64,000 nt of DNA. Origin: Vicinamibacteria bacterium (GTDB lineage: Bacteria > Acidobacteriota > Vicinamibacteria > Fen-336 > JAGNNV01). Below are positions 47,498-57,212 of the stretch, piece by piece. The notes beneath the pieces are model-generated. The model saw only the letters and a list, made by a program, of their open reading frames with translations. It searched no databases and was not told the origin of the DNA. Numbering within the stretch: position 1 is the stretch's first letter; every line of letters starts with the position of its first letter. Location: NCBI GenBank assembly GCA_044229175.1, contig JBGATM010000020.1, positions 1,754 through 65,753 of the forward strand. Reading direction: 5' to 3'. Made by a program: the position numbers and the translations under genes.

Positions 47498-47925
47498 GTA
47501 AACCAGTAGAGCCCGAGTTCCTTCATCAACCCCTCGAAACTCACGAGGTCGAGGGGCTTGACGAGGTAACTGTTGGCGTGGCGAAGGTAGGCCTGGTTGA
47601 CGTCGGGATCGGCGTCGGAGCTGGTGAGCACCACCACGGGGATGGTCTGCAGCAAGGGGGCCGACTTGATGTCGGAGAGCACGGTGATGCCGTCGATCCT
47701 GGGCAGGCGCAGATCGAGCAGGACGAGATCGGGCCGGGGCGAGGACTCCGGGCTCGCGTACGCGCCCCGGCGGTGGAGGTAGTCGAGGGCGGCCTCGCCG
47801 TTGTTCACGTGGTTGATCCGGCAGCGGACCGACTGGCCCGTCAGGTTACGGCGGACGAGCTCCGCGTGATCCTCGTCGTCCTCGACGAGCAGGACCTCGA
47901 TGGGGTCGGGTAGGGGTGCAGTCAA
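47473..47925 (-). CDS. single-domain response regulator (Rcp1 type), paralogue of 44175-44645
   Basis: VLLVEDDEDHAELV, LVLLDLRLPRIDG, VVVLTSS and ANSYLVKP. TTG start 47925 follows GAGG. Confidence 0.85.
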
Positions 47926-48023
47926 CGTGGCCTCGGGAAAAAAGATCGTAGCACAGGCGAATTTCTCGCCTTCTTGACGTGATGTCTAGCTGACTACCAG
48001 GTGAACAGTCCGGGGATGATCGT

Positions 48024-49040
48024 TCAGGAGGCCTCGAACAACGCCTTCAAAGCGAGGTCGCTCACCCCCGCCGCGAGCGCCACCATCAGGAGGATCCGCG
48101 CCTTCTGGCCCACCAGGTCGCCGCCGAGGATGCAGCCCATCTTCTGGAGCTGCGCGCCGCCGCCGTCGTACCCGTAGAGCGGGGCCACGGATCCGGCACC
48201 GCACCGTGAGGTGATGACCACGGGAACGCCGGCCTTGATCGCATCCTGGATCGCGGGCACCGCGAGCGGAGGGACGTTTCCAGCCCCCGTCCCCTCGATC
48301 ACCAGGCCCCGAGCTCCCCGGGCCAGGGAGGCGCGAAGGAGCCCGTCATCCGAACCGGTGGCCATGACGTGCAGGTCGACCCGCGGATCGATGGAGCCGG
48401 TCTTCACGAATCGGCGTCGGACCGCGCCGCGAACGAAGCGAACCCCGTTCCGGTCCAGGATGGCGAGGGGGCCGATCCCGCTCTTGAAGGCGCCGAGGCT
48501 CTGCGTGTGCGTCTTCACCGCCTCGCCCGCGGCGAGGATCTCCTCCCCGACCGCGATGAGAACGCCGTGGCCGCGGGCGTCGCGATTGGCCGCGGTCTGC
48601 ACCGCGATCAGCAGGTTGCTGGGACCGTCGGACCCGGGTTCGCCCAGGGTTCGCATGGCCCCGCAGAAGACCACCGGCTTGCTCGTCTCCGTGGTCAGGT
48701 CGACCAGGAACGCGGTTTCCTCGATGGTGTCGGTCCCGTGCGTCACCACCACTCCGTCGATCCGCGGATCGGCGAGGTGGGTCTCGATCCGCTGTTTGAG
48801 CCCCCACATCCATCGTGGAGTCACGTGGGGGCCGGGCAGCTGCGCGTAGTCCTCGAGAGTCAGCCGGGCCGCCCGCCTCAGCCCCGGAACCTGGGAGACG
48901 ATGTCCCGGCCGGAAAGGGCGGGGATCGCGGCCGCGGTCAGGGGATCGATCTTCATGGAGATCGTCCCGCCCGTGAACATCACGAGGACGTGCGGCTTGG
49001 AGGTCCGCTTCGCGTTTCGCTTCACGGCCTTTGGGGCCAT
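48024..49040 (-). CDS. L-asparaginase
   Basis: Has VMFTGGTISM (TGGTI), VVTHGTDT (HGTDT) and GTGAGN. Confidence 0.9.
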   Translation of the reverse strand: MAPKAVKRNAKRTSKPHVLVMFTGGTISMKIDPLTAAAIPALSGRDIVSQVPGLRRAARLTLEDYAQLPGPHVTPRWMWGLKQRIETHLADPRIDGVVVTHGTDTIEETAFLVDLTTETSKPVVFCGAMRTLGEPGSDGPSNLLIAVQTAANRDARGHGVLIAVGEEILAAGEAVKTHTQSLGAFKSGIGPLAILDRNGVRFVRGAVRRRFVKTGSIDPRVDLHVMATGSDDGLLRASLARGARGLVIEGTGAGNVPPLAVPAIQDAIKAGVPVVITSRCGAGSVAPLYGYDGGGAQLQKMGCILGGDLVGQKARILLMVALAAGVSDLALKALFEAS

Positions 49041-49094
49041 CAGGAATGGATCCTGGCTTCCGTCGGGATACGCAGGATGTCTTTCAACATCCTG

Positions 49095-50270
49095 CTAACC
49101 GTTCCAGAGCGGCTTCATGTTCTCCACGTACTTGAACCCGGTGCCGGTGTTGAAGATGACCACGGAGTCGTCGGGGGAGAGATGACCGGAGGACTTGAGC
49201 TTCATGGCCGCGGTCACGCAGGCCCCGCCCTCGGGGGAAACGAACAGGCCCTCGGTCCGCGCGATGAGCTTGACCCCCTGGATGATCTCTTCCTCGCTCA
49301 CCGCGATCGCGGCGCCGTGGCTCTCCCGCAGCGCGCGCAGGATCAGGAAATCGCCGATGGCCTTGGGAACCCGCAGGCCGTGGGCCAGAGTAGTGGCGCC
49401 TTCCCACATGGGGGCGGAGTCCTTGCCCTCCTGGAAGGCCTTGACGATGGGCGCGCAGCCGTCCGCCTGCACCGTGTACATGCGCGGTCGCTTGCTGCCG
49501 ATGAAGCCCATGGCCTCCATCTCCTCGAAGGCCTTCCACATGCCGATGATGCCGGTGCCGCCGCCCGTCGGGTAGAGGATCGCGTCGGGCAGGGTCCAGT
49601 CGAGCTGTTCCGCGATCTCATAGCCCATGGTCTTCTTGCCTTCGACCCGGAAGGGCTCCTTCAGGGTGGCGCACTCGTACCAGCCGTGCTCCTTGGCGAG
49701 GCCCGCGCAGATCTTCCCGGCGTCGGTGATGAGGCCGTCGACGGTCTCGACATGCGCGCCGTACGACAGGGTTTCCATGAGGAAGACCTCGGCGATGTCC
49801 TTCGGCACGAAGACATGGGCCTTCATGCCGCCGCGCGCCGCGTAGGCGGCGAGCGCGCTGCCCGCGTTGCCCGCGGAAGGCAGGCACACATCGGTGGCCC
49901 CGAGTGCCTTGGCCATGGAGACGGCAAGGGCCAGACCCCGCGCCTTGAAGGAACCGGTGGGATTCCCGCCCTCTTCCTTGACCAGGGCCTTGGGCAGGCC
50001 GATGGCCTTTCCCAGAGCGGGAGTCTCGAGAAGCGGAGTCATGCCCTCGCCCAGGCAGAGCTTGTGGTCGGGGTTCTCCACGGGCAGAACCTCCTTGTAG
50101 CGCCACAGCGTCTTCTCTCGCAGCTCGAGGTGCCCCGGCCGCATGTTGATGGCCGCGGCCTTGAGGTCGTAGCGGGCGAACAGAGGCGCGCCGCACACGC
50201 AGAGGTTCCAGACCTTGCCCTTCTCGTAGGTGGCGTCGCACTTCGTGCAGGCGAGGTGAGTGAAACTCAT
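49095..50270 (-). CDS. thrC: threonine synthase
   Basis: N-terminal Zn-ribbon-like LACTKCDATYEKGKVWNLCVCGAPL, the PLP-Lys context NPTGSFKARG, and PTGGGTGIIG. Its start overlaps the frr stop (ATGA). Confidence 0.9.
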   Translation of the reverse strand: MSFTHLACTKCDATYEKGKVWNLCVCGAPLFARYDLKAAAINMRPGHLELREKTLWRYKEVLPVENPDHKLCLGEGMTPLLETPALGKAIGLPKALVKEEGGNPTGSFKARGLALAVSMAKALGATDVCLPSAGNAGSALAAYAARGGMKAHVFVPKDIAEVFLMETLSYGAHVETVDGLITDAGKICAGLAKEHGWYECATLKEPFRVEGKKTMGYEIAEQLDWTLPDAILYPTGGGTGIIGMWKAFEEMEAMGFIGSKRPRMYTVQADGCAPIVKAFQEGKDSAPMWEGATTLAHGLRVPKAIGDFLILRALRESHGAAIAVSEEEIIQGVKLIARTEGLFVSPEGGACVTAAMKLKSSGHLSPDDSVVIFNTGTGFKYVENMKPLWNG

Positions 50271-50830
50271 ACGTGGAGGACTTCGGCTTCCTTCTTCTTG
50301 AGCATGTCGTCCACCCGCGCGATGGCCGCGTCGGTCAGCTTCTGGGTCTCCGCCTCCGCGTGCTTCTCGTCGTCCTCGGAGATCTCCGAGGCCTTCTTCA
50401 TCTTCTTGATGTGGTCGTTGGCGTCGCGGCGGACATTGCGGATGGCGACCTTGCCTTCTTCCGCGGCCTTGTGCGCGATCTTCACCAGGGCCTTGCGCCG
50501 CTCCTCGGTGGGGGAGGGGATGGGGATGCGGATGAGCTTCCCGTCGGTGGCGGGATTGAGGTCGAGGCCGGAGGTGCGGATGGCCTTCTCGATCACCGCG
50601 ACCATGGCGGCATCCCAGGGCTGGATGGTGATGAGCGCGGGGTCGGGGACCGCGATGTTGCCCACCTGGTTCAAGGGGGTCATGGTGCCGTAATAGTCGA
50701 CCTTCACCGAGTCGAGCATCGAGGCGTTGGCCCGGCCCGCGCGCAGGGATGCGAGCTCTTTCCGGACGGTCTCGATCGCGCTGTCCATGCGGTGCCTGGC
50801 GTTTTCGATCGTCTCTTTCACTGTCGGCAT
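50267..50830 (-). CDS. frr: ribosome recycling factor
   Basis: 187 aa with LASLRAGRANASMLD, IQPWD and RNVRRDAND. Confidence 0.95.
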   Translation of the reverse strand: MPTVKETIENARHRMDSAIETVRKELASLRAGRANASMLDSVKVDYYGTMTPLNQVGNIAVPDPALITIQPWDAAMVAVIEKAIRTSGLDLNPATDGKLIRIPIPSPTEERRKALVKIAHKAAEEGKVAIRNVRRDANDHIKKMKKASEISEDDEKHAEAETQKLTDAAIARVDDMLKKKEAEVLHV

Positions 50831-50870
50831 GTTCGAAAGCCTCTCCTTCGGTCTTATGAAACGGTCGCGG

Positions 50871-51677
50871 CTAGTCGCAGACGAGGGTTCCCATCTTCTC
50901 GCCCATGAGGACGCGTTTCAAGAAGCCCTTCTTCTTGATGTTGTAGACGATGATGGGGAGCTTGTTCTCCATGGCCAGCGAGATCGCGGTCTTGTCCATG
51001 ACCTTGAGGCCGCGCTGGATCACGTCGATGTACTTGATCTCCGCGAACTTCTTCGCCTGCGGGAACTTGAGGGGGTCCATGTCGTAGACCCCGTCGACCC
51101 GCGTGCCCTTGAGGATGACCTCGGCCTTGATCTCGGTGGCGCGCAGGGCGGCGGCGGTATCCGTGGAGAAATAGGGGTTTCCGGTGCCGGCCGCGAAGAT
51201 CGCGATGCGACCCTTCTCGATGTGCCGGATGGCCCGGCGCCTTATGAAGGGCTCGGCGACCTGCCGCATCTCGATGGCGGAGAGCACGCGGGTGGCGAGG
51301 CCGGCCCGCTCCATGGCGTCCTGGAGAGCGAGGCCGTTGATCACGGTGGCGAGCATGCCCATGTGGTCGGCGGACACCCGGTCCATTCCATAGGCCGCGT
51401 CGGACACGCCGCGGAAGATGTTGCCTCCCCCGACCACGATCCCCATTTCGACGCCGAGGGCGTGGGCCTCACGGATTTCCTCCGCGAGATAGTCGGCGAA
51501 GGCGCGGTCGATTCCGAAAGTCTTGGCCCCGAGGAGGGCTTCTCCCGAGAGTTTCAGCAGAACCCGCCGAAAGGCCGGCTTCCTTGGGGCGTTTCGTTCC
51601 GATTCGCCGGTTCTCGATTCCGCGGAGGCCGGCCCGCCCTCCGACTTGGATGATCGGGCAGGACTTTTCTTCGCCAT
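50871..51677 (-). CDS. pyrH: UMP kinase
   Basis: Has [41 protein letters not shown] and GVYDMDP. It carries a ~30-aa basic/Ser-rich N-terminal extension, so the true start may be internal (non-ATG). Confidence 0.9.
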   Translation of the reverse strand: MAKKSPARSSKSEGGPASAESRTGESERNAPRKPAFRRVLLKLSGEALLGAKTFGIDRAFADYLAEEIREAHALGVEMGIVVGGGNIFRGVSDAAYGMDRVSADHMGMLATVINGLALQDAMERAGLATRVLSAIEMRQVAEPFIRRRAIRHIEKGRIAIFAAGTGNPYFSTDTAAALRATEIKAEVILKGTRVDGVYDMDPLKFPQAKKFAEIKYIDVIQRGLKVMDKTAISLAMENKLPIIVYNIKKKGFLKRVLMGEKMGTLVCD

Positions 51678-51687
51678 GCCCCTAAGG

Positions 51688-52305
51688 CTACTCGGTTGGA
51701 CTGCTCGGTGTCGCGTCGCCCACGCGGAAACGCGCGAAGCGGCGGACCAGGATGTTCTCCTTGATCACCGCCACCTTCTCCTGGATGAGCTGGCCGATGG
51801 TGATCTTCGGATCCTTGACGAAGGCCTGCTCGAGGAGGACCTGGGTGGCGTAGAAATCCTTCAACTTGCCTTCGGCGATCTTGTCCGCCACCGCCTCCGG
51901 CTTGCCCGCGCCCATGGCCTGGGCCCGGTAGATTTCCTTTTCCTTGTCCACGATCGCCTGGGGGACTTCTTCCTTGGTCACGTAGTTCGGAGAGGCGGCC
52001 GCGATGTGCATGGCGATGTCGCGGACCATGGCCTGGAAGTCCTCGTTCTTCGCGACGAAGTCGGTCTCGCAGTTGACCTCGACCAGAACGCCCACCTTGG
52101 CTCCGGGGTGGATGTAGTGGCCGATCATGCCTTCGCTGGCGGTGCGGCCCGCGCGCTTGGCCGCGGCGGCGAGGCCCTTCTTGCGAAGGACTTCCTGCGC
52201 CTTGTTCATGTCGCCCTGGGCTTCGACGAGGGCGCTCTTGCAGTCCATCATTCCGGCTCCGGTCTGTTCGCGGAGGACTCGGACGGATTCAGCGGTGATG
52301 TTCAT
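51688..52305 (-). CDS. tsf: elongation factor Ts (short form)
   Basis: Has [19 protein letters not shown] (UBA/EF-Ts N domain) and [16 protein letters not shown]. Confidence 0.93.
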   Translation of the reverse strand: MNITAESVRVLREQTGAGMMDCKSALVEAQGDMNKAQEVLRKKGLAAAAKRAGRTASEGMIGHYIHPGAKVGVLVEVNCETDFVAKNEDFQAMVRDIAMHIAAASPNYVTKEEVPQAIVDKEKEIYRAQAMGAGKPEAVADKIAEGKLKDFYATQVLLEQAFVKDPKITIGQLIQEKVAVIKENILVRRFARFRVGDATPSSPTE

Positions 52306-52490
52306 GGGTCTCCTGCCTTGGCCTCGCCTTCAAAGACCCCTGGAGGATCCTCGGACGAGTGGTTTTTGAAAGTTGGAAATCGATGCCCCCTGTTGGATTC
52401 CGGAGACGGTGTCTCTCCGAAACTCAAAGGGGGCGTTTTCCCGACATCGATGGGGGGCGTTGAAGCGCCTGCCCCTTTTCGCTTTGAGGG

Positions 52491-53339
52491 CTAAACGGTG
52501 GCTTCGATCGCGGGGGCCGCTGCGGCTGCGGCCTTGGCCTCGGCCGCCGCGGCGTTGCGGGCCCGCGCGGTCGCGGTCATCTCGGCCGACTTGGCCTCAC
52601 GAAGGCTGCGTCCCGCGATGACCGCGTCGGCCATCTTGCTGGCGAAGAGCCGGATGGAGCGCAGCGCGTCGTCGTTTCCGGGGATCACGTAATCCACGAA
52701 GTCGGGGTTGCAGTTGGTGTCGACGATGCCCACCACGGGGATGCGGAGCTTGCGGGCCTCGGCCACCGCGATCGCTTCGTTCTTCGTGTCGACCACGAAG
52801 ATGACGTCGGGCAGGTTCTTCATGTTGCGGATGCCCTTGAGGTTCTTGTCGAGTTTTACCTGCTCCTTGGCGAGGCCGGCGAACTCCTTCTTGGTGAGGC
52901 GGTCCTGACGGCCCTCGGCGAGCATCATCTCGATCTGCTTGAGACGGTCGATGCTCTTCTTCACCGTGGTGAAGTTGGTGAGGAGGCCGCCGAGCCAGCG
53001 CTCGTTGACGAAGGGCGAACCGGAGCGAACCGCTTCCTCGGCCACCACGTCCTGGGCCTGGCGCTTGGTGCCCACGAACAGGACCACGCCGCCGGAAGCC
53101 GCCACGTCGTGGACGTAGCGGAGAGCTTCCCCGAACATCGCCTGGGTCTTCTGCAGGTCGACGATATAGATGCCGTTGCGCTCGCCGAAGATGTATTCGC
53201 GCATCTTGGGATCCCAGCGACGGGTCTGGTGTCCGAAATGGACGCCGGCTTCGAGGAGGTCTTTGATGTCCACCATTGAGATGGAGGGCACGGAGATCGC
53301 CGGCACGGGAATCTGGGGAACGGACGGAGTGGTTTCCAT
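52491..53339 (-). CDS. rpsB: 30S ribosomal protein S2
   Basis: Has [34 protein letters not shown] and VDTNCNPD. The start may be ATG 53276 (MVDIKDLL...) rather than 53339. Confidence 0.93.
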   Translation of the reverse strand: METTPSVPQIPVPAISVPSISMVDIKDLLEAGVHFGHQTRRWDPKMREYIFGERNGIYIVDLQKTQAMFGEALRYVHDVAASGGVVLFVGTKRQAQDVVAEEAVRSGSPFVNERWLGGLLTNFTTVKKSIDRLKQIEMMLAEGRQDRLTKKEFAGLAKEQVKLDKNLKGIRNMKNLPDVIFVVDTKNEAIAVAEARKLRIPVVGIVDTNCNPDFVDYVIPGNDDALRSIRLFASKMADAVIAGRSLREAKSAEMTATARARNAAAAEAKAAAAAAPAIEATV

Positions 53340-53349
53340 AAACTTCTTT

Positions 53350-53751
53350 CTAACGCTTCGAGAACTGGAATCGGGCGCGGGCGCCCTTCTGGCCGTACTT
53401 CTTGCGTTCCTTGATGCGCGAATCGCGCGTCAGGAGGCCTTCCTTGCGGAGGCGGGCTCGGAATTCCTCGTTCAGATCGAGGAGGGCGCGGGCGATGCCA
53501 TGACGGATGGCGCCCGCGCGGGCGGCGACGCCGCCGCCGTCGACCGTGGCGATGACGTCGAACTTTTCGATGGTCTCGGTGGCCACGAAGGGCTGGCGCA
53601 CGATCATCTTGAGGGTCTCGTGGCCGCCGAAGAACTCGTCGAGGCTCTGGTCGTTGAGGGAGAACGCACCCTTGCCGGGGCGGAGGTGCACGCGGGCGAC
53701 GGCGGTCTTGCGTTTGCCGGTGCCGAGATTTTCAGTGATTGCTGTAGCCAA
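53350..53751 (-). CDS. rpsI: 30S ribosomal protein S9
   Basis: Has [33 protein letters not shown] and a C-terminal [10 protein letters not shown] infer a TTG start at 53751 ([15 protein letters not shown]); the upstream part of the track ORF overlaps rplM. Confidence 0.85.
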   Translation of the reverse strand: MATAITENLGTGKRKTAVARVHLRPGKGAFSLNDQSLDEFFGGHETLKMIVRQPFVATETIEKFDVIATVDGGGVAARAGAIRHGIARALLDLNEEFRARLRKEGLLTRDSRIKERKKYGQKGARARFQFSKR

Positions 53752-53788
53752 GATGATTCTCTTTTGTTCGCTTATTACGGGGGCGGCG

Positions 53789-54226
53789 TTACTTCGACTT
53801 GAGGGTGATGGTCTGCGGACGCTGCGCGGCATGACGATGCGCGCTGCCCGCGTAGACCTTGAGCTTGGTGTACATCTGGTTCCCGAGTTTGGTCTTCGGA
53901 AGCATGCCCTTGATCGCTTCTTCCACCGCCTTGATCGGCCGCTTGGCCAGCAGGTCCTTGGCGGGGGTCTCGGTCAGGCCGCCCATGTAGCCGGAGTGGC
54001 GCCGGTAGAGCTTGCCTTCGAGCTTCCGGCCGGTGAACGCCACCTTGGCCGCGTTCACGATGATCACGTGATCGCCGGTGTCCAGGAAGGTGGTGTAGGT
54101 GGGCTTGTGCTTGCCCGCGAGGAGGCGCGCCGCCGTGGTCGCGAGGCGGCCGATGACGACGTTCTCGCCGTCCAGGAGGAACCAGTCGCGCTTGATGTCT
54201 TTTGCGGAAGGGACGAAGGTCGCCAT
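53789..54226 (-). CDS. rplM: 50S ribosomal protein L13
   Basis: Has [37 protein letters not shown] and MLPK. Confidence 0.95.
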   Translation of the reverse strand: MATFVPSAKDIKRDWFLLDGENVVIGRLATTAARLLAGKHKPTYTTFLDTGDHVIIVNAAKVAFTGRKLEGKLYRRHSGYMGGLTETPAKDLLAKRPIKAVEEAIKGMLPKTKLGNQMYTKLKVYAGSAHRHAAQRPQTITLKSK

Positions 54227-54355
54227 TTCAGTGATTCTTGGGGTCTTTGAAGGTTCGAGAGGGTAGGTGCGAAGTGAGCGGAGGACCCAGTAGCCTCGAG
54301 CGACAGGCTGGATCTCGCGGGAACTTGCGACTTTAGGTGAGCGGTCTTGGGCTTG

Positions 54356-55390
54356 TCAAACCGGGAGGGTCGAAAGCTCGAGGCCTCGGGCGCTCATCCG
54401 GTCCTTGTATCGGCGCAGCGTCAGTTCGACGTCCACGACGAGCATTTCCGTGGTGCTTTCCAGCTGATCGAGAACGCGATGCTGCTGGGTGAAATCGGGC
54501 TTGTCGACCTCGCGGGAATCGGCGAGCATTTCGAGGCGCGCCCCCCACTCCATGAGACCCTGAAGGCTCGCTTCGGAGTGGGTGTCGAGGTGCGACGGTT
54601 CGGTCTTGCCGAGGTCGAGGCCGCGCATGAAGGCCCCGATCTCGCGTCGGCGCGCCCGGGCCCGCTCGACCAGGCTCGCGAAGGTCCGCTTGGTGGGGAT
54701 CACCCGGTTGGGCGGCGCGGCTTCGATGGCGCCCCGGAAGCGCTCCTCGGCGGTACGCGCAAGCTCGAGGAGCTCCCGTTCGGAGGGCGCGGGCTGGAGT
54801 TTCTCTGACTTGGCCCGGATCTCCGCCGCGGCGACGTCGAGCGACTCCCGGACGCAGGCCACCGCGCCGCGGAAGAGGTACTGGATCTCTTCGCGGGACT
54901 TGAACCCGTCGGGCAGGAACACGGTGCCGGGAGGGAACTGGGGGCCCTTGGTGGGCTTGGGCGTCTTCGCCTTGCGGCCGGGCTTTTCCGCCTTCAGCTT
55001 GCCCTTGGGCGCCACGAGGAGATTGAGGCCCTTGCCCTTGCCGCCGTTCCCTTCGGGGAGGGCGCCTCCCGCCGCTTCCCGCATCTTGCGCTTGAGGGCC
55101 AGCTTCGCTTCCTTGGCGAGTGCTTTGGCCGCGATCTTGGCCTCGAGCTTGGCCTTGGCCTTCTCGATCTTCAGGAGTTTCTTCTGAGCCTTGAGGGCGG
55201 CCTTGGCTGCGGCCCGCTCGGCGGGCGTGGGCCTGGGCGCCTTCTTCTCGACCGCTTTCACCGCCTTCGCCTTGGCGGCTTTAGGCTTGCCCGCCTTGGC
55301 CTTGGCCTTCATCGACTTGGCGGCGGCCTTCTTGACCGCGGCTTTGGCGGCAGGCTTTTGAGCAGCTTTGGATTTTGTCTTGTTGGGCAT
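54356..55390 (-). CDS. histone-H1-like Lys/Ala-rich N-terminal domain + uncharacterised helical C-terminal domain (putative partner of Top6A homologue)
   Basis: 344 aa. The first ~150 aa are AKKA/KAKA low-complexity (MPNKTKSKAAQKPAAKAAVKKAAAKSMKAKAKAGKPKAAKAKA...). The C-terminal ~190 aa (FLPDGFKSREEIQYLFRGAVACV...LVVDVELTLRRYKDRM) has ordinary composition and no GHKL motifs. It starts 18 nt after the top6A-like stop. Confidence 0.75.
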   Translation of the reverse strand: MPNKTKSKAAQKPAAKAAVKKAAAKSMKAKAKAGKPKAAKAKAVKAVEKKAPRPTPAERAAAKAALKAQKKLLKIEKAKAKLEAKIAAKALAKEAKLALKRKMREAAGGALPEGNGGKGKGLNLLVAPKGKLKAEKPGRKAKTPKPTKGPQFPPGTVFLPDGFKSREEIQYLFRGAVACVRESLDVAAAEIRAKSEKLQPAPSERELLELARTAEERFRGAIEAAPPNRVIPTKRTFASLVERARARRREIGAFMRGLDLGKTEPSHLDTHSEASLQGLMEWGARLEMLADSREVDKPDFTQQHRVLDQLESTTEMLVVDVELTLRRYKDRMSARGLELSTLPV

Positions 55391-55408
55391 CGCTTTGATG
55401 GCTTTTCT

Positions 55409-56515
55409 CTAGGGAAGGAACGACTTCGGGTTCTTGAGCTTCGCGGGCAGGTAGTCGTCCATGACGAAGTTCAAGGCATGCTTGGCGAAGGCCTGTTGCT
55501 CGGCGCGCTTGCCCATCTTGAGCAGCAGCTCGAACGCCTTGGCCCACTCCGGATAATGCTGGAAGAAGGGGTCGTTCTTGAGGGCGTCCTTCGCCCGCTT
55601 GATGTCCACTTCTTTGAGGGGATGGGTCGGCAGGTCGTAGTCGATGATGTCCTGCGGGGTCACCCCGAGGAACCGCGCCTGGGGCACGCAGAAGTACTCG
55701 TTCAAATGGGCGTTGTTCCCCGACCCGACCTTCAGCGTCCGGTAGATGTTGGCGATTCCGTACGGGTCGCAGTCGACGAAGACGTAGACCGGGATCTTCT
55801 TCTCGTCCGCCAGCCTTCGCACGAAGCGACGGACCGCGCGGGTGGGAACGCCGGCCATCGACACCAGGATGCAATCGGCCTTGGCCCAGTACTGGTGCCG
55901 GTTGAGCCGGTCGAAGATACCGCCGGTCTCGATGGCCAGGATGAACTTCGCCTTGGTCTTGAACTGGAGGTGCTCGACTTCCGGCGGGATGCCGTAGGAC
56001 CCCGAGCCGAACTTGGTGCAGTCGATCTCGATGGTCTTCGTGGAGCCCGGCTCTTCGCGGTCGACCACGGTCAGCTCGCCGGCCACCAGCCCCCCGTGCT
56101 CGTCGGGGGTGAAGCAGAGCTGCTCCTTGTTGACGCCGAAGAGAGCCTCGACGTCGTCGAGGATGGTGTCCGACTCCGTCTGCTCGTCGCAGCGGGCGTC
56201 GCCCCAGTTCTTGGTCTGGTAGTAGGCGTCTCGTTTGGTCGCGCGCTCGTCGGTCTCGATCATCTGCTTCGAGAGCGAGATCATCCGCATGGTCTGGGCG
56301 AAGCTCTTGACCGTGGAGACCGCGAGCGTCCTCTCCTTCTTCTTCCCGAGCATCTCGAAGTGGCCCTTCTTGGCCGAATAGCGCACGTTCGAGAGGTTGC
56401 GCAACGGAAACTTCATCTCGGGCTTCTTGAGACCGTTGATCTTGGTCTCGACGGCCCGAGCGGTATCGACGATCTGGGAGATGACGGGCGAGACAGCCTC
56501 GCCGGACTTAGCCAT
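55409..56515 (-). CDS. DNA topoisomerase VI subunit A / Spo11-family protein (5Y-CAP + Toprim)
   Basis: Catalytic-Tyr motif ATKRDAYYQ (compare R-D/E-I-Y-Y). Toprim Glu block FILAIETGGIFDRL and the DxD block VFVDCDPYGIANIY. 368 aa, the same size as archaeal Top6A. Confidence 0.85.
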   Translation of the reverse strand: MAKSGEAVSPVISQIVDTARAVETKINGLKKPEMKFPLRNLSNVRYSAKKGHFEMLGKKKERTLAVSTVKSFAQTMRMISLSKQMIETDERATKRDAYYQTKNWGDARCDEQTESDTILDDVEALFGVNKEQLCFTPDEHGGLVAGELTVVDREEPGSTKTIEIDCTKFGSGSYGIPPEVEHLQFKTKAKFILAIETGGIFDRLNRHQYWAKADCILVSMAGVPTRAVRRFVRRLADEKKIPVYVFVDCDPYGIANIYRTLKVGSGNNAHLNEYFCVPQARFLGVTPQDIIDYDLPTHPLKEVDIKRAKDALKNDPFFQHYPEWAKAFELLLKMGKRAEQQAFAKHALNFVMDDYLPAKLKNPKSFLP

Positions 56516-56550
56516 TCTTCATGGGCCTCAGGACTGGAGCGTAACTACAT

Positions 56551-56586
56551 GTCAAAAAAGTAAAATCCCCGCGTTACGCGGGGATT
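56551..56586 (-). terminator. rho-independent terminator (downstream of ytxH-like gene)
   Basis: The - strand has a perfect 10-bp stem AATCCCCGCG-TAA-CGCGGGGATT followed by TTACTTTTTTGA. Confidence 0.8.
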
Positions 56587-56638
56587 CGTCTGCGATGAGA
56601 CTAAAGGTCGCGGAACGGGGCTTCGGGGCGGAGTGTAG

Positions 56639-56683
56639 CACGGGAGGGGAAGCCGTCCCCCTGGAGCGGAATCCCCTCCCGTG
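56639..56683 (-). other. 12-bp perfect inverted repeat / hairpin in 3' region of ytxH-like gene
   Basis: CACGGGAGGGGA-(21 nt)-TCCCCTCCCGTG, located between the CDS stop (56708) and the terminator. Confidence 0.6.
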
Positions 56684-56707
56684 CGCCTTCGCGGCCGCCC
56701 CTTTGGC

Positions 56708-56923
56708 CTAGGCGGAGATCACGGAATACGGATAGCCCTCTTCGCGTCGCGGATCCCGCCGCAGGCGCTTCAGGAATTCATCCCGTTCGGACTGGATCCG
56801 GTCCGAGATCAGCTTCCTGGTTTCCGCCCCGGAGGCCGGCGCGATCAGAATGCCGATGGCCGCTCCCACCGCACCTCCCGCGATCGCGAGCCCGGCGTAC
56901 TTCAGTGTCTTGTCGAGTGTCAT
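56708..56923 (-). CDS. YtxH-domain small stress protein
   Basis: 71 aa: a Gly/Ala-rich TM-like segment (AGLAIAGGAVGAAIGILIAPASGAETRK) followed by an amphipathic helix, which is the YtxH pattern. RBS GGAGA. Confidence 0.75.
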   Translation of the reverse strand: MTLDKTLKYAGLAIAGGAVGAAIGILIAPASGAETRKLISDRIQSERDEFLKRLRRDPRREEGYPYSVISA

Positions 56924-56978
56924 GTGTCTCCTCTGCCCCTTTCATCCGGCCTGATTGGTTTCTTCAAGCGGATTAACG

Positions 56979-56994
56979 AGCATGGAACGTGCCA
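56979..56994 (-). promoter_or_regulatory. sigma54 (-24/-12) type promoter upstream of ytxH-like gene
   Basis: The - strand reads TGGCACG-ttcc-ATGCT. It has the same one-mismatch variant (ATGC) and exact spacing as the site at 9170-9185, and lies ~57 nt upstream of ATG 56923. Confidence 0.45.
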
Positions 56995-57212
56995 GGTTTC
57001 CTGTCTTTGTGATGGCCGTCATGTTTCGTGCCTCCCACACTCTTTGTGGCCCTTCGATGTTGTGTTGTGGCGAAGCCGCCACGACGGCGCCATTCTGACC
57101 GCGATGTGATCTAAGTCGCTTGGTCGATTCAGTTAACCGAAGTCCTCATTCAACCCGTTGAAGCGGCGGATTCAGGCCCCTCGGCGGGAGGCAACAGCGC
57201 TAAGATGAGTTC

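Noticed and set aside
48369-50693. 774-aa + strand ORF
   Set aside because: It is antisense to the asparaginase, thrC and frr genes, all of which have diagnostic motifs.
52306-52490. Hairpins in the rpsB-tsf spacer (CGGAGAC-GGT-GTCTCTCCG near 52411-52430; a GC stem plus T-run on the + strand near 52452-52485)
   Set aside because: A structured rpsB-tsf intergenic region is a common operon-internal feature. The T-run follows the stem only on the non-transcribed strand. Nothing clearly unusual.
56550-56555. TTGACA hexamer (- strand) as the -35 of the Top6A-like operon promoter
   Set aside because: No recognisable -10 lies 16-18 nt downstream (CCTGAG/CTGAGG). It is mentioned only as context.
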